DNA of 64,000 nucleotides from a virus: IMG/VR virus record IMGVR_UViG_3300027769_000875, positions 32,001 to 96,000 of that record; one strand, 5' to 3'. Shown piece by piece: positions 55,952 to 64,000 of this stretch (position 1 is its first letter; each line of letters starts with the position of its first letter). The notes under the pieces were generated by a model. It saw only the letters and a program-made list of their open reading frames with translations, ran no database searches and was not told where the DNA came from. The position numbers and the translations under genes were made by a program.

Positions 55952-57544
55952 TTAACACGTTCCTAAACTTGTCAATGTTGTATCTAATCCAATTGTAGCT
56001 GGTAAAGGAGCACCTCCTGCTAATTCTGCACTAACAAGGCAAAGAACACTTCTTGTTACAGTTATACATCCCTCACCTGGACAGTAAAGTAATTCACTTG
56101 AGTTGAATGTAGTAGTTCCATAAGATTGACCATTTGGAATAGTTATTACAAGATCTGTTTCTACTACTGGATCTGAACTACATGCAACATACTCAATTCG
56201 TATTGTAACCTCTATTGCTGTTCCAGTATTTATCAATGTTCCTCCACTACCATTTAAAAGTTCAACTTCCAATGTTGTTTGTGTAGGATTGTATGGTGTA
56301 GTTATTGGTCCTATTGGATTAACACACTCTGCAGGTTCAGCTGTAACTGAGGTAGATCTATAGAATAATTTTCCAACATATGGAAAATCTATTAAAACAC
56401 CAGTTGTTTCAATAGGACTTGATGTACCACAGTCATAAATTGCAGAAATTGTAATGGTATACTCTGTGCCTGCTGTAAATGCAGGATCTACAAGATTATA
56501 AGTTAATGGACTTGGGCCAACTGTTACAGACAGTATTGGTGGTATTGTTCCAGATATATTAAACACTTGAATTTGATATCCTATTGGTGCTTGTGATCCA
56601 GTTGTTACTGGAGCAACCCATGTTATAGTACCAGCTGTAGTGCTTATAGAGGATATTGCTACAGACACTGGTGGAATAGTTACACAAGGAATAGCAGGCG
56701 TTGTTGATATACAATCATTTAATTGACAAACAACTAACCAAAGATTTGTCATTGACTGAGCTGCTGTAATTGGATTAGTAATCCAACCTGCTATATCACC
56801 ATAAGTACCATCAGTACATGGCAATGGTGTTGTTTCATCAATACATATTGTATTAAACATTTCTTGCCATTGTGCAAGTGTTCCTAGTATTTGTAGGTAA
56901 CTACACAGTGCTTGCTCCATGTTATAAAAAGCAGTTTCAATTGCCAAGGTTTGTCCAGGCGCAGTACCACTTAAACATTGTGTGGTAATATTAATAACTG
57001 GAGGAGGTGTACTTCCACCTCCACCACTATCAATAATGTTTTGTATAATTTGCAACTGATTGCTTATAGATGTGATCGTAGCAGTAAGGCTACTTATGCT
57101 AACAAGAATCTCACAAATTTTACTAGCCAAGTATTCAACATATTCATCTAAAGGCAATGCTGTAATTACATCACCTGTGTCAGTATCAACATACCATAAA
57201 CATTCAGGTAGCTGTGCAACTGGAATTGGTGTTGGTGTAGGTGGTACAGGATCAGGTGGTAAACAAATTTTTTCAATAATCAATTGTATTGTTTCAAGTA
57301 GCGTGTCAGGAGGACATTGCCCACTTTCCAAAAGACAATCAAAATCTAAACTGGAAACATCTAATACATTTTCAGTTATATCACAAAGAATCTTTGCTAA
57401 TTCGTAAATTACCACATCAATAGTATCACCTTTGCACAAATCAATACAGGGAATATTTGGTCCATCCCATGTGACACATGTTGCTGATACAGGCATGCAT
57501 CCACCCTTTCTGTACTTGTCAATATTTGATGGTAATGCTTTCAT
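55952..57544 (-). CDS. Cys-rich fibre/hub protein with fibronectin type III domain (530 aa)
   Basis: ITWVAP...IGYQIQV...AGTEYTITISA is an FN3 pattern; N-module is paralogous to the collagen protein. Confidence 0.75.
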   Translation of the reverse strand: MKALPSNIDKYRKGGCMPVSATCVTWDGPNIPCIDLCKGDTIDVVIYELAKILCDITENVLDVSSLDFDCLLESGQCPPDTLLETIQLIIEKICLPPDPVPPTPTPIPVAQLPECLWYVDTDTGDVITALPLDEYVEYLASKICEILVSISSLTATITSISNQLQIIQNIIDSGGGGSTPPPVINITTQCLSGTAPGQTLAIETAFYNMEQALCSYLQILGTLAQWQEMFNTICIDETTPLPCTDGTYGDIAGWITNPITAAQSMTNLWLVVCQLNDCISTTPAIPCVTIPPVSVAISSISTTAGTITWVAPVTTGSQAPIGYQIQVFNISGTIPPILSVTVGPSPLTYNLVDPAFTAGTEYTITISAIYDCGTSSPIETTGVLIDFPYVGKLFYRSTSVTAEPAECVNPIGPITTPYNPTQTTLEVELLNGSGGTLINTGTAIEVTIRIEYVACSSDPVVETDLVITIPNGQSYGTTTFNSSELLYCPGEGCITVTRSVLCLVSAELAGGAPLPATIGLDTTLTSLGTC

Positions 57545-57772
57545 CTATAGAGTATTAATATATTCATTTACAGTAGTGTACCCACAGCAACTATTAGCAG
57601 CAGGGAGTCCACAATTTTGACGCTCCAATCCTCTTTCATAGATTTGTTTCATTTCATATGCCAAATCTGGATCAAGACGTTTTTTACATCCTTCAATACC
57701 AAAACGAACATTATTAAACTCTTGAAATAAAGAGTCTGCAAATAATTCATTTATATATACTTGTGTATCCAT
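57545..57772 (-). CDS. Small Cys-containing structural protein (75 aa)
   Basis: Coupled ORF within the structural operon. Confidence 0.7.
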   Translation of the reverse strand: MDTQVYINELFADSLFQEFNNVRFGIEGCKKRLDPDLAYEMKQIYERGLERQNCGLPAANSCCGYTTVNEYINTL

Positions 57773-57957
57773 TACTTCTTAGGATAATAGTTATGTGGTA
57801 TGTCCCATATATATGGTCCTTTATTTTCTTCTGTCAAATTAGGTTTCAATGAATTTTCATATGCAGTAATACAATTTGAACATACTGATTTACCATTTGA
57901 CGCAATTCTTTGTTGGCAACTACACGATAGTTTTGTTCCACAATTTGAACATTTCAT
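57772..57957 (-). CDS. Small Cys-rich (CxxC...CxC...CxxC) protein (61 aa)
   Basis: MKCSNCGTKLSCSCQQRIASNGKSVCSNC; possible Zn finger. Confidence 0.7.
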   Translation of the reverse strand: MKCSNCGTKLSCSCQQRIASNGKSVCSNCITAYENSLKPNLTEENKGPYIWDIPHNYYPKK

Positions 57958-57975
57958 ATTCTTCTGTTTTTAAAG

Positions 57976-58533
57976 TTATCTACACATAATACAACAACCC
58001 ATGATATACTTATCCAACATTTTGTTTGCATACGCTAACATCTGAACTCCTTGCTCTGGTGCATGACAATATTCTGTCTTTGCTTTTGCTGCATCTATGA
58101 GCATTTTGATATATCGTAAGTCATTAAGATTTTGTCTTTCTTCTGAACTTGGTTCGCACTCTTGTAAGTGTAATTTACAAATTTCACCTAAATATCTATT
58201 TGTGATCATTGTTGTTCTCAAATGAAAATACTGAACGTATGATTGTTCATTAGGTGAAATACTATACTTAATAGTATAAAGTCCATCATGTAATGGTGAA
58301 CCTGGAGGACAGTCAATGCCTAAATCTGTTGCATCAAATACAGCACAGAAATTTGGAGTAAGTCCAAGTGTTATATAAACTGGTTGATTTGTACCAGGAA
58401 TTGTTATATCTAACTGTTGACACTCTATTGGTAAAATAGCAGGGTCAGCATAAATAGATGTATCTACAACTCTAATGATGTTCTCACAAGCTGTTTCAGG
58501 AACATCTAACTGTAATATGTGTTTTATTGCCAT
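57976..58533 (-). CDS. Structural protein, possible tail hub (185 aa)
   Basis: Start moved to ATG 58533 (MAIKH). LHDGLYTIKYS motif and helical C-terminus; position after the auxiliary capsid gene. Confidence 0.6.
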   Translation of the reverse strand: MAIKHILQLDVPETACENIIRVVDTSIYADPAILPIECQQLDITIPGTNQPVYITLGLTPNFCAVFDATDLGIDCPPGSPLHDGLYTIKYSISPNEQSYVQYFHLRTTMITNRYLGEICKLHLQECEPSSEERQNLNDLRYIKMLIDAAKAKTEYCHAPEQGVQMLAYANKMLDKYIMGCCIMCR

Positions 58534-58554
58534 AGTTGCAGGTTTTAAATACCG

Positions 58555-58569
58555 CTTCAATAAAATTTA
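58555..58569 (-). promoter_or_regulatory. Variant of candidate phage promoter motif (TAAATTTTATTGAAG)
   Basis: Similar to TAnnTTnTAATGAG; lies between a terminator and the next start. Confidence 0.35.
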
Positions 58570-58592
58570 AGAAATTTTTCTGAAAGATACAA

Positions 58593-58630
58593 TAAAAAAA
58601 GAAAAGAAGAGCGCAATGCCCTTCTTTTCC
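58593..58630 (-). terminator. Intrinsic terminator
   Basis: GAAAAGAAGGGC-AUUGC-GCUCUUCUUUUC followed by UUUUUUU. Confidence 0.85.
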
Positions 58631-58654
58631 TCTTTATAATGGTCAGGTATGCTA

Positions 58655-60175
58655 TTACGCAACAACCTGTAGAACAACGCCTGTACCAGCAGAAGTTAAC
58701 CATGTATTCCACCAAGTTTGGAATGTTGTCATGTTTGCAATTGAACCTGCAGCTGAGGTCAAGAAACTAGGAACAACAATCTTAACTAAGTATTGGTCAT
58801 TGTCAAATACACCAGTTGGATTATTCTTACGAGGAATGCTGTGTAGCAAATAGTAAACACTATATCTTGTACCACGTACAAGTTCTGGTCCACCAGCAAG
58901 TGTTGATCCAAGAGTAGTATCTTGAATTACTTCACGCATACGTGGATCGTCATACCAAGGTTCTTGTTGGTAACGCTTAGCAAGAATTAACTCACGTACT
59001 AAAGTTTCACCAAACCCTTTGCCTTGTTTTGCTTCTTGAATTTCAGTAATTGCAAAACAAGAGACAGCACAAGTATCACCACCAAGATCATTGGAGTTAT
59101 TTGCATAAGCAGCCATTGAAGCATAAAGCAAGATTGGCTCAGTTTCAAAATGATCTTTAGGATTAAATGAACAATCACCAAATACTGTATCAACATATGC
59201 ACCAATGATATCAATACAAGAACTTACTGTGCTTGCAGCAGCTCCAGTTGCAGGAACATAAGTAGCAGTAGTAGTTGTACGATATACAGAGATTGCAGTA
59301 CCAGCAGTAACAGTAGCAGGCAATACAAATGGAGTTTGGTTTTGATTAACCAAAGGAACTGTGGTAGAACCAGCTACATAAGTAGAAGCTACATATGCAG
59401 AGTATCCATTAAATTTCACTTTGTTACCAATTTGAATTGCAGTAGCACCAGAACCAGCTGAAACAACAGTGATTTGTGATGTACCAATAGTACCAGAAGC
59501 AGTAGTAGATAATGCAGTTTTAACCCAAACAACAGCTTGAACAAATTGACTCAAGAATGGAGTAGAGTTGTTTCCAGAAGATACACTATTGATTTGGTCA
59601 GCCCATTGTAACAATACAACTGTAGGGTCAACTAAATCAGGAGTGGTTGGAGATACAAGATTTGTACAACATCCAGTATATGCACTAAGTGTTTGGTACA
59701 AGTTATGATTCAAAAAGCGTAATGCTGGAGAACCTTTGATATCCAAACGTAAGTCATACATTGTATCACAAGTAAGACCACAGTTTGCCTGACAAATCTC
59801 AAGAACATCATTTACTGGAGCTGCAGGATCTGTTCTGTAGAACGAACTTACAAACTTAGCATTGATGCCTTTTGATTTTACAGACTCTTTGTAACCTCCA
59901 TGGAAAGGACCAATTTTGTCATTTAAATGGAAACTACCTTGTGCCAAATACACTTGAGAATAAGCATTCGCAGTTGTAGCTGGTCCATAAGTAGGAGCAA
60001 CAGCAGGGTCAATAGGAACATTTGTCAAAGCATTGACAATTGCTACTTGACCAGCTGCAATAGCAACAGTTGTTGCAGGAGTTGAACCACCATTAGGAAA
60101 TGGTAGTGGAGTTGCACCACCAGCTGGGTGAGTTGCAACTAGCATTTTTTGAAATGCATGTGGAAAATAAGCCAT
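58655..60175 (-). CDS. Major structural protein, likely auxiliary capsid protein (506 aa)
   Basis: A/T/V/G-rich, long T-rich leader, followed by a strong terminator; synteny with the crAss001 auxiliary capsid gene. Confidence 0.6.
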   Translation of the reverse strand: MAYFPHAFQKMLVATHPAGGATPLPFPNGGSTPATTVAIAAGQVAIVNALTNVPIDPAVAPTYGPATTANAYSQVYLAQGSFHLNDKIGPFHGGYKESVKSKGINAKFVSSFYRTDPAAPVNDVLEICQANCGLTCDTMYDLRLDIKGSPALRFLNHNLYQTLSAYTGCCTNLVSPTTPDLVDPTVVLLQWADQINSVSSGNNSTPFLSQFVQAVVWVKTALSTTASGTIGTSQITVVSAGSGATAIQIGNKVKFNGYSAYVASTYVAGSTTVPLVNQNQTPFVLPATVTAGTAISVYRTTTTATYVPATGAAASTVSSCIDIIGAYVDTVFGDCSFNPKDHFETEPILLYASMAAYANNSNDLGGDTCAVSCFAITEIQEAKQGKGFGETLVRELILAKRYQQEPWYDDPRMREVIQDTTLGSTLAGGPELVRGTRYSVYYLLHSIPRKNNPTGVFDNDQYLVKIVVPSFLTSAAGSIANMTTFQTWWNTWLTSAGTGVVLQVVA

Positions 60176-60218
60176 AACAATTAAAATTTAAAAATTAAAC
60201 AAAAAAACAATTAACAAT

Positions 60219-60695
60219 TTATTTTAAAAACTTGAGTTTATACTTAGCTGAGTTTAATGTTGATTTGATAGTATCAAGATCATTCACTATTTCACTATAT
60301 GGCATCATAGCTTGTAGTTCATTAACTTCAGAAGTTAGTTCTCGTATATAAGATAATGCATCTTCAACAGAATTGCAAACTTTTTTTGAATATTCTTCTT
60401 CATGAGAACATTCTACAATTCGTTCTACTGCACCTTGATATCCTTCAATAAGAGTATCAGCATGTCCAGGTAATGCTTCATACAAATCTCCAAGAGCTTT
60501 GTGTGCAGCATAAGAACCTAAATCTTTTACTTTTAAATGCAGTTTGTGAAAACAGGTTGCAGCATCCATAAGTTTATATCCTAATTCTGCAACTTCCTCG
60601 TCAAGAGGGTTTTCAGAACTATGATAAGTCTCTTTGTCTACAGCTGCTGTAATCAAAGGACGTCTTTTTAATGAGTATCCACCAGTAAAATCCAT
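60219..60695 (-). CDS. Dps/ferritin-like phage protein (DUF5856-like)
   Basis: FHKLHL...SYAAHKALGDLYEAL..HADTLIEGYQG...NDLDTIKSTLNSAKYKLKFL four-helix-bundle pattern. Confidence 0.75.
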   Translation of the reverse strand: MDFTGGYSLKRRPLITAAVDKETYHSSENPLDEEVAELGYKLMDAATCFHKLHLKVKDLGSYAAHKALGDLYEALPGHADTLIEGYQGAVERIVECSHEEEYSKKVCNSVEDALSYIRELTSEVNELQAMMPYSEIVNDLDTIKSTLNSAKYKLKFLK

Positions 60696-60705
60696 AATAT
60701 ATTAT

Positions 60706-61407
60706 TTATTCATTTGACATTTGACTTTGTTGCGCTCTTTGCATTTGATTGAATGATTCAATATCTCCTGCTAAAATTGCCACTGTACCATCCACCATTA
60801 GTTCTGCTACATCATCTTTAAATTCACATGTGATATCTACAGCAGATGGTAATCCTGTTGTTATATCAATACATCCAGCAAATTGTACAAATCGTGGTTT
60901 TCTATAATAAGTAAGCACTGCATCATCAAGTTCAAATTCATTATTTGTGTAAATACGAATTCTGTTACTTTGCATGGTACAAAATGATTCACCCCATTCA
61001 TAGCTTGGTTTTTTAAACTCATCAGATAACAAGTTGTCAACGTCAGCTGCTTCATCAAGATATATAGTCAATGCACGTGGAGGACAACAGTCTTTTACAC
61101 CTTTTATTGATACACGTTTGAAATATAAATAATCATCAGGAATCAACTCAGTTTCATAAAACAAATCACGTTTAGCTATGCTAATTTTATCAGATAACAA
61201 AATGTTTTGCAAATCATCTATCTGCATTTTAGAAGATTCATCATATTCAGGATGTGTAGGACTTACGTGAATTTGTCTACGCACCCATTCTAATTGCGCT
61301 TTGTTAAACGCCTCAACTATTTGCCAACATTCAATATTGTCATAGTCAAATGAAGCGAGTTTATTCAAACGCTCATAAATCTTTATTCTGAGTAGATTGT
61401 TATCCAT
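60706..61407 (-). CDS. Head-tail ring/connector protein (233 aa)
   Basis: IVEAFNKAQLEW, IDDLQNIL, IPDDYLY, LTYYRKP, TCEF motifs of crAss-like ring proteins. Confidence 0.7.
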   Translation of the reverse strand: MDNNLLRIKIYERLNKLASFDYDNIECWQIVEAFNKAQLEWVRRQIHVSPTHPEYDESSKMQIDDLQNILLSDKISIAKRDLFYETELIPDDYLYFKRVSIKGVKDCCPPRALTIYLDEAADVDNLLSDEFKKPSYEWGESFCTMQSNRIRIYTNNEFELDDAVLTYYRKPRFVQFAGCIDITTGLPSAVDITCEFKDDVAELMVDGTVAILAGDIESFNQMQRAQQSQMSNE

Positions 61408-62423
61408 TAGCTATTCCAGTGTTGTTCAACATTACGTATTACATCCATAAGTATTTCTTCATTGAGTGGATTTTTTAAATACTCAATAATTTCTGATGGA
61501 GTTTTTCCAAGCATTGCACCACTCTTCATATGGTAAATGTTACCATCTCCACGTGTAGCAATAACTTTATAAAAATTAGCATCTTTTACAATTGCTCTTA
61601 GTTTCAGTGTCTCCATATCTAGACCACTGATTTCTAAGAACTTAGAAGCTGTTTTTCTTTTATCTTTATCAACAGACTCACCATTGATATACTTATCCAT
61701 ATTATCATATAGAACATCATTTGGTGTTGATTTTCTATATTGAGTAGAATTTGAATCTATCACTTTACAAACCAAGTATAACTTGTTAGCATTCTTGTCA
61801 TAAAGTTTTTGAAGTTCAGAAAGCGCTCTATTGCGTAGTTTTTTAACTTCAGTCTTGATAGATACTGTTTCTTCGTACTTATCTAAGTAAAATTTAAAAG
61901 ATGCACTGTTTCTTGCTTGATCTAATGATTTTGCAATTAACGAGAATCCTCCTGCTTCAATAGCACGTAGTTTAATCAAGTCATATGGATCAAGAGTTGG
62001 ATCAAGAAATACAGGATCATTACCCATTCTCAAAACAATCTTTTCCCAAAAGTCAGAGTTATCTGGACGTAATAGTTTTACTTTATTCCAGAACTCTTCA
62101 TCTTTAGGATCAATTACATTGGATGCTAATTCTTTTTCCAATTGTGCAACAGTTGATCTAATTTCTTTGATTGCAGCTGCTTGTTCTTCGTCTGACAAAA
62201 CTTTTATCTCTGGAGCAAACTCATTAAGACCTGTTACATATCTTTTAATACCATTGTATTCAAGACATGCAATAACTTCTTCATGTACTACTCCCTCAAA
62301 TACTGCCATTTCCCATTTCTCTAAACCCATGTTAGAGATTGAAGAATTGACATAAGGTTTAATTGACACAGTGCTTGTTCGCTTTTGTGCCCTGTCTTTT
62401 TCAACTACTGTGATGTTTTCCAT
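61407..62423 (-). CDS. Conserved crAss-like protein downstream of capsid gene (338 aa)
   Basis: SDFW...FLDPTLDPYDLIK, YLKNPLNEEI motifs; position immediately after the capsid gene. Confidence 0.7.
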   Translation of the reverse strand: MENITVVEKDRAQKRTSTVSIKPYVNSSISNMGLEKWEMAVFEGVVHEEVIACLEYNGIKRYVTGLNEFAPEIKVLSDEEQAAAIKEIRSTVAQLEKELASNVIDPKDEEFWNKVKLLRPDNSDFWEKIVLRMGNDPVFLDPTLDPYDLIKLRAIEAGGFSLIAKSLDQARNSASFKFYLDKYEETVSIKTEVKKLRNRALSELQKLYDKNANKLYLVCKVIDSNSTQYRKSTPNDVLYDNMDKYINGESVDKDKRKTASKFLEISGLDMETLKLRAIVKDANFYKVIATRGDGNIYHMKSGAMLGKTPSEIIEYLKNPLNEEILMDVIRNVEQHWNS

Positions 62424-62465
62424 TTTTAACTTGTTTTTAATTGGTTTTTCTTTTCTTCTTTTTTT

Positions 62466-62605
62466 GCAACGTTAGTCAGCATTTCTGCTTAAGCTCCTGA
62501 ACCACGCCAAGGTGTTGCTCTCAGGAGAACCAGGAAGATAATTAAGTACCTTCCTGGCGTTTGCTTCCATCAGATTCACATCTGATATTGAGGAGGTGGA
62601 GCGTC
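62466..62605 (-). ncRNA. Putative structured RNA between capsid gene and next gene
   Basis: Four consecutive hairpins, two capped by GNRA tetraloops on the minus strand; GC-rich relative to the other intergenic regions. Confidence 0.6.
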
Positions 62606-64000
62606 TTAGAATGAGCCTCCAGTCACTGGATTTCTCATAACAATCTTCAATACTTTAGTTGGATCTTTAACCCAAATAGCTGGCATTGTTTGAGACATCA
62701 TCACGCGATATCCATTGAAGTTTCCAGAAGACTGGAATCCTTGTGAACGTCCCATGTAGTCCATAGTACCATTTTGGTAGAACCATTTCAATTCACTATC
62801 CCACTTCAATTTCAACAAGAAGATGTTGTCATTTGTGTTGTCAGTGATATCAAAAATAATAAAGTTGTAAGAAGATAATGGGAAACCATCAATGATTGGG
62901 TTTTCAATATCATTTGTGTGTACATTGTCAAATGCAGGGTTAAGAACAAACTTCACATTTGCCAAGAAAGGAATTGTGTAGCTTGTGAATGCAAATCCAA
63001 AGTTCAAGTCCATTGCATTGTTACCTGAAATTGCACCAACACCTGATTGATCCATGTTGACAGTAAGACCAGTACCAAATGCTTCTTTCTTGATAGCTTG
63101 GTTGATCATCTTCATACCTGCCATACCTGTTTGTACGATCAAGTTACGTTGTGGATCTGGTCCTTTAAATTCAACTTTACCATTGAAGAAGTTGAAGATC
63201 TCAGAGCGGAACAAGTCAAGAGTAAATCCTGATTTGTTATAGATACGCTTGTATGAGTTATCCAACTGAGACCAAAGTCCTACTGATAAACGCATGTCAT
63301 CTGGACCATCTTGCTTGATACGTCCTCCTTGTCCCCACATTAAGTAAGTCTCAATGTCAGTTGCAATCTTAGTTAAGTGTGCAGCTTCCATTTTAGTCAA
63401 GAATGAACGAGTCAATGAACCATTGTCATATGCTTTCTTGATGTACTCTTTACCCATTACAGCTAACATTTGGTCAATGTTTGCAATAGAAGGATCTAAG
63501 TTTTTGTCAAATGTTCTCCAGATCTCAGTTACAGGAACTGAACCATCTGCATTCAAACCACCTTTCATCATCATCTCTGCGCGAGAAGATACTGAATAGT
63601 GAACGTGAGCTTCAGCACCACCAACAAAGTTGTAGTACTCACGGAAACCATTTGATAATTCACCAATGTCAGAGAATCTTTCACCATACTCACCACGTGC
63701 AGAACCTTTTCTGAAGAATTTAGTTCCTGGCTTCAAGTACTTGTGATCCAAAGATGCATTGTTATTATTGTTTACAAGTTGAACAGTGTAGATAAAACCA
63801 TCTGCAGAAGGAAGAATATCATCAGCAGTGATGTACATTTCCAACCCTTTGTATTTATCATAGGTAACAATATCACCATGACCAAATACTCGTCTGTTCA
63901 ATTTGATTTTAAAAGTAGTACCATCTTGACCAAGAACCGCAGCAGTTGGTTCAATATCCTCAGTAATGTAAGGAAGATCTTGTACAATTGGTGTTTGCCA
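62606..64000 (-). CDS. Major capsid protein (crAss-like), 5'-truncated by window end
   Basis: Frame is open to 64000 (WQTPIVQDLPY... precedes the tracked ORF). Motifs YLMWGQGG, SVGLWSQL, TGMAGM, NFGFAFTSY, NPAFD, SSYNFIIFDIT, IWVKDPTK. Confidence 0.85.
   Translation of the reverse strand, partial: WQTPIVQDLPYITEDIEPTAAVLGQDGTTFKIKLNRRVFGHGDIVTYDKYKGLEMYITADDILPSADGFIYTVQLVNNNNNASLDHKYLKPGTKFFRKGSARGEYGERFSDIGELSNGFREYYNFVGGAEAHVHYSVSSRAEMMMKGGLNADGSVPVTEIWRTFDKNLDPSIANIDQMLAVMGKEYIKKAYDNGSLTRSFLTKMEAAHLTKIATDIETYLMWGQGGRIKQDGPDDMRLSVGLWSQLDNSYKRIYNKSGFTLDLFRSEIFNFFNGKVEFKGPDPQRNLIVQTGMAGMKMINQAIKKEAFGTGLTVNMDQSGVGAISGNNAMDLNFGFAFTSYTIPFLANVKFVLNPAFDNVHTNDIENPIIDGFPLSSYNFIIFDITDNTNDNIFLLKLKWDSELKWFYQNGTMDYMGRSQGFQSSGNFNGYRVMMSQTMPAIWVKDPTKVLKIVMRNPVTGGSF

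Larger units (their letters stand above)
1..64000 (-). other. Segment of a crAss-like (Crassvirales-type) phage genome: late structural and virion-cargo module
   Basis: Unidirectional, tightly packed genes. The order capsid, rings, auxiliary capsid, fibres, IHF-like, rings, muzzle, cargo, giant virion RNAP (DFDID) parallels crAss001/phi14:2-type genomes. No cellular housekeeping genes. Confidence 0.9.

Noticed and set aside
62466-62605. Hammerhead ribozyme, tRNA or group I intron identity for the structured RNA
   Set aside because: No CUGANGA core, no cloverleaf or T-loop, and too short for a group I core; left as unclassified.
62590-62640. Plus-strand perfect SD (GAGGAGGTG) with downstream ATG
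   Set aside because: Gives only a 9-codon ORF antisense to the capsid gene with long spacing; Bacteroidota rarely use SD sites.
266-63714. Plus-strand ORFs and short nested minus-strand ORFs in the ORF track
   Set aside because: All are shadows within long minus-strand genes and show no protein-like motifs.
1-64000. Alternative genetic code (TAG or TGA reassignment), as in some crAss-like phages
   Set aside because: Giant ORFs are uninterrupted in code 11, coding density is near complete, and TAA, TAG and TGA all occur as apparent stops.
1-64000. CRISPR arrays, tRNAs, rRNAs, IS elements, introns
   Set aside because: Intergenic gaps are all under about 185 nt and show no spaced direct repeats or cloverleafs; no transposase or homing endonuclease motifs recognised.

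Overview
The whole window is a contiguous segment of a large crAss-like (Crassvirales-type) phage genome with a probable Bacteroidota host, inferred from AT-rich leaders without Shine-Dalgarno sites and TAnnTTTG elements. Every credible gene is on the minus strand in genetic code 11. In transcription order (right to left): major capsid protein (5'-truncated), a structured RNA, head/tail ring proteins, a Dps-like protein, a likely auxiliary capsid protein, Cys-rich hub and fibre proteins (FN3, collagen, FISUMP), an HU/IHF-like protein, two ring proteins and the muzzle. Then come four 'GG-motif' cargo proteins, giant ejection proteins including a 4004-aa virion RNA polymerase (DFDID plus zincin) and a PD-(D/E)XK-bearing polyvalent protein, and finally beta-helix tail fibres. 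Main unusual signals: (1) four consecutive ejection proteins (~8,160 aa) have only six cysteines, all at termini and arranged head-to-tail in gene order, suggesting a covalently linked injection chain; (2) four cargo proteins are punctuated by ~30 [YFM/K]xxGG motifs that delimit small modules and ART-, ParB- and zincin-like domains; (3) a multi-hairpin RNA follows the capsid stop codon; (4) a shared TAATGAG intergenic motif may be a phage promoter. All family calls come from motif reading and synteny, not database searches.
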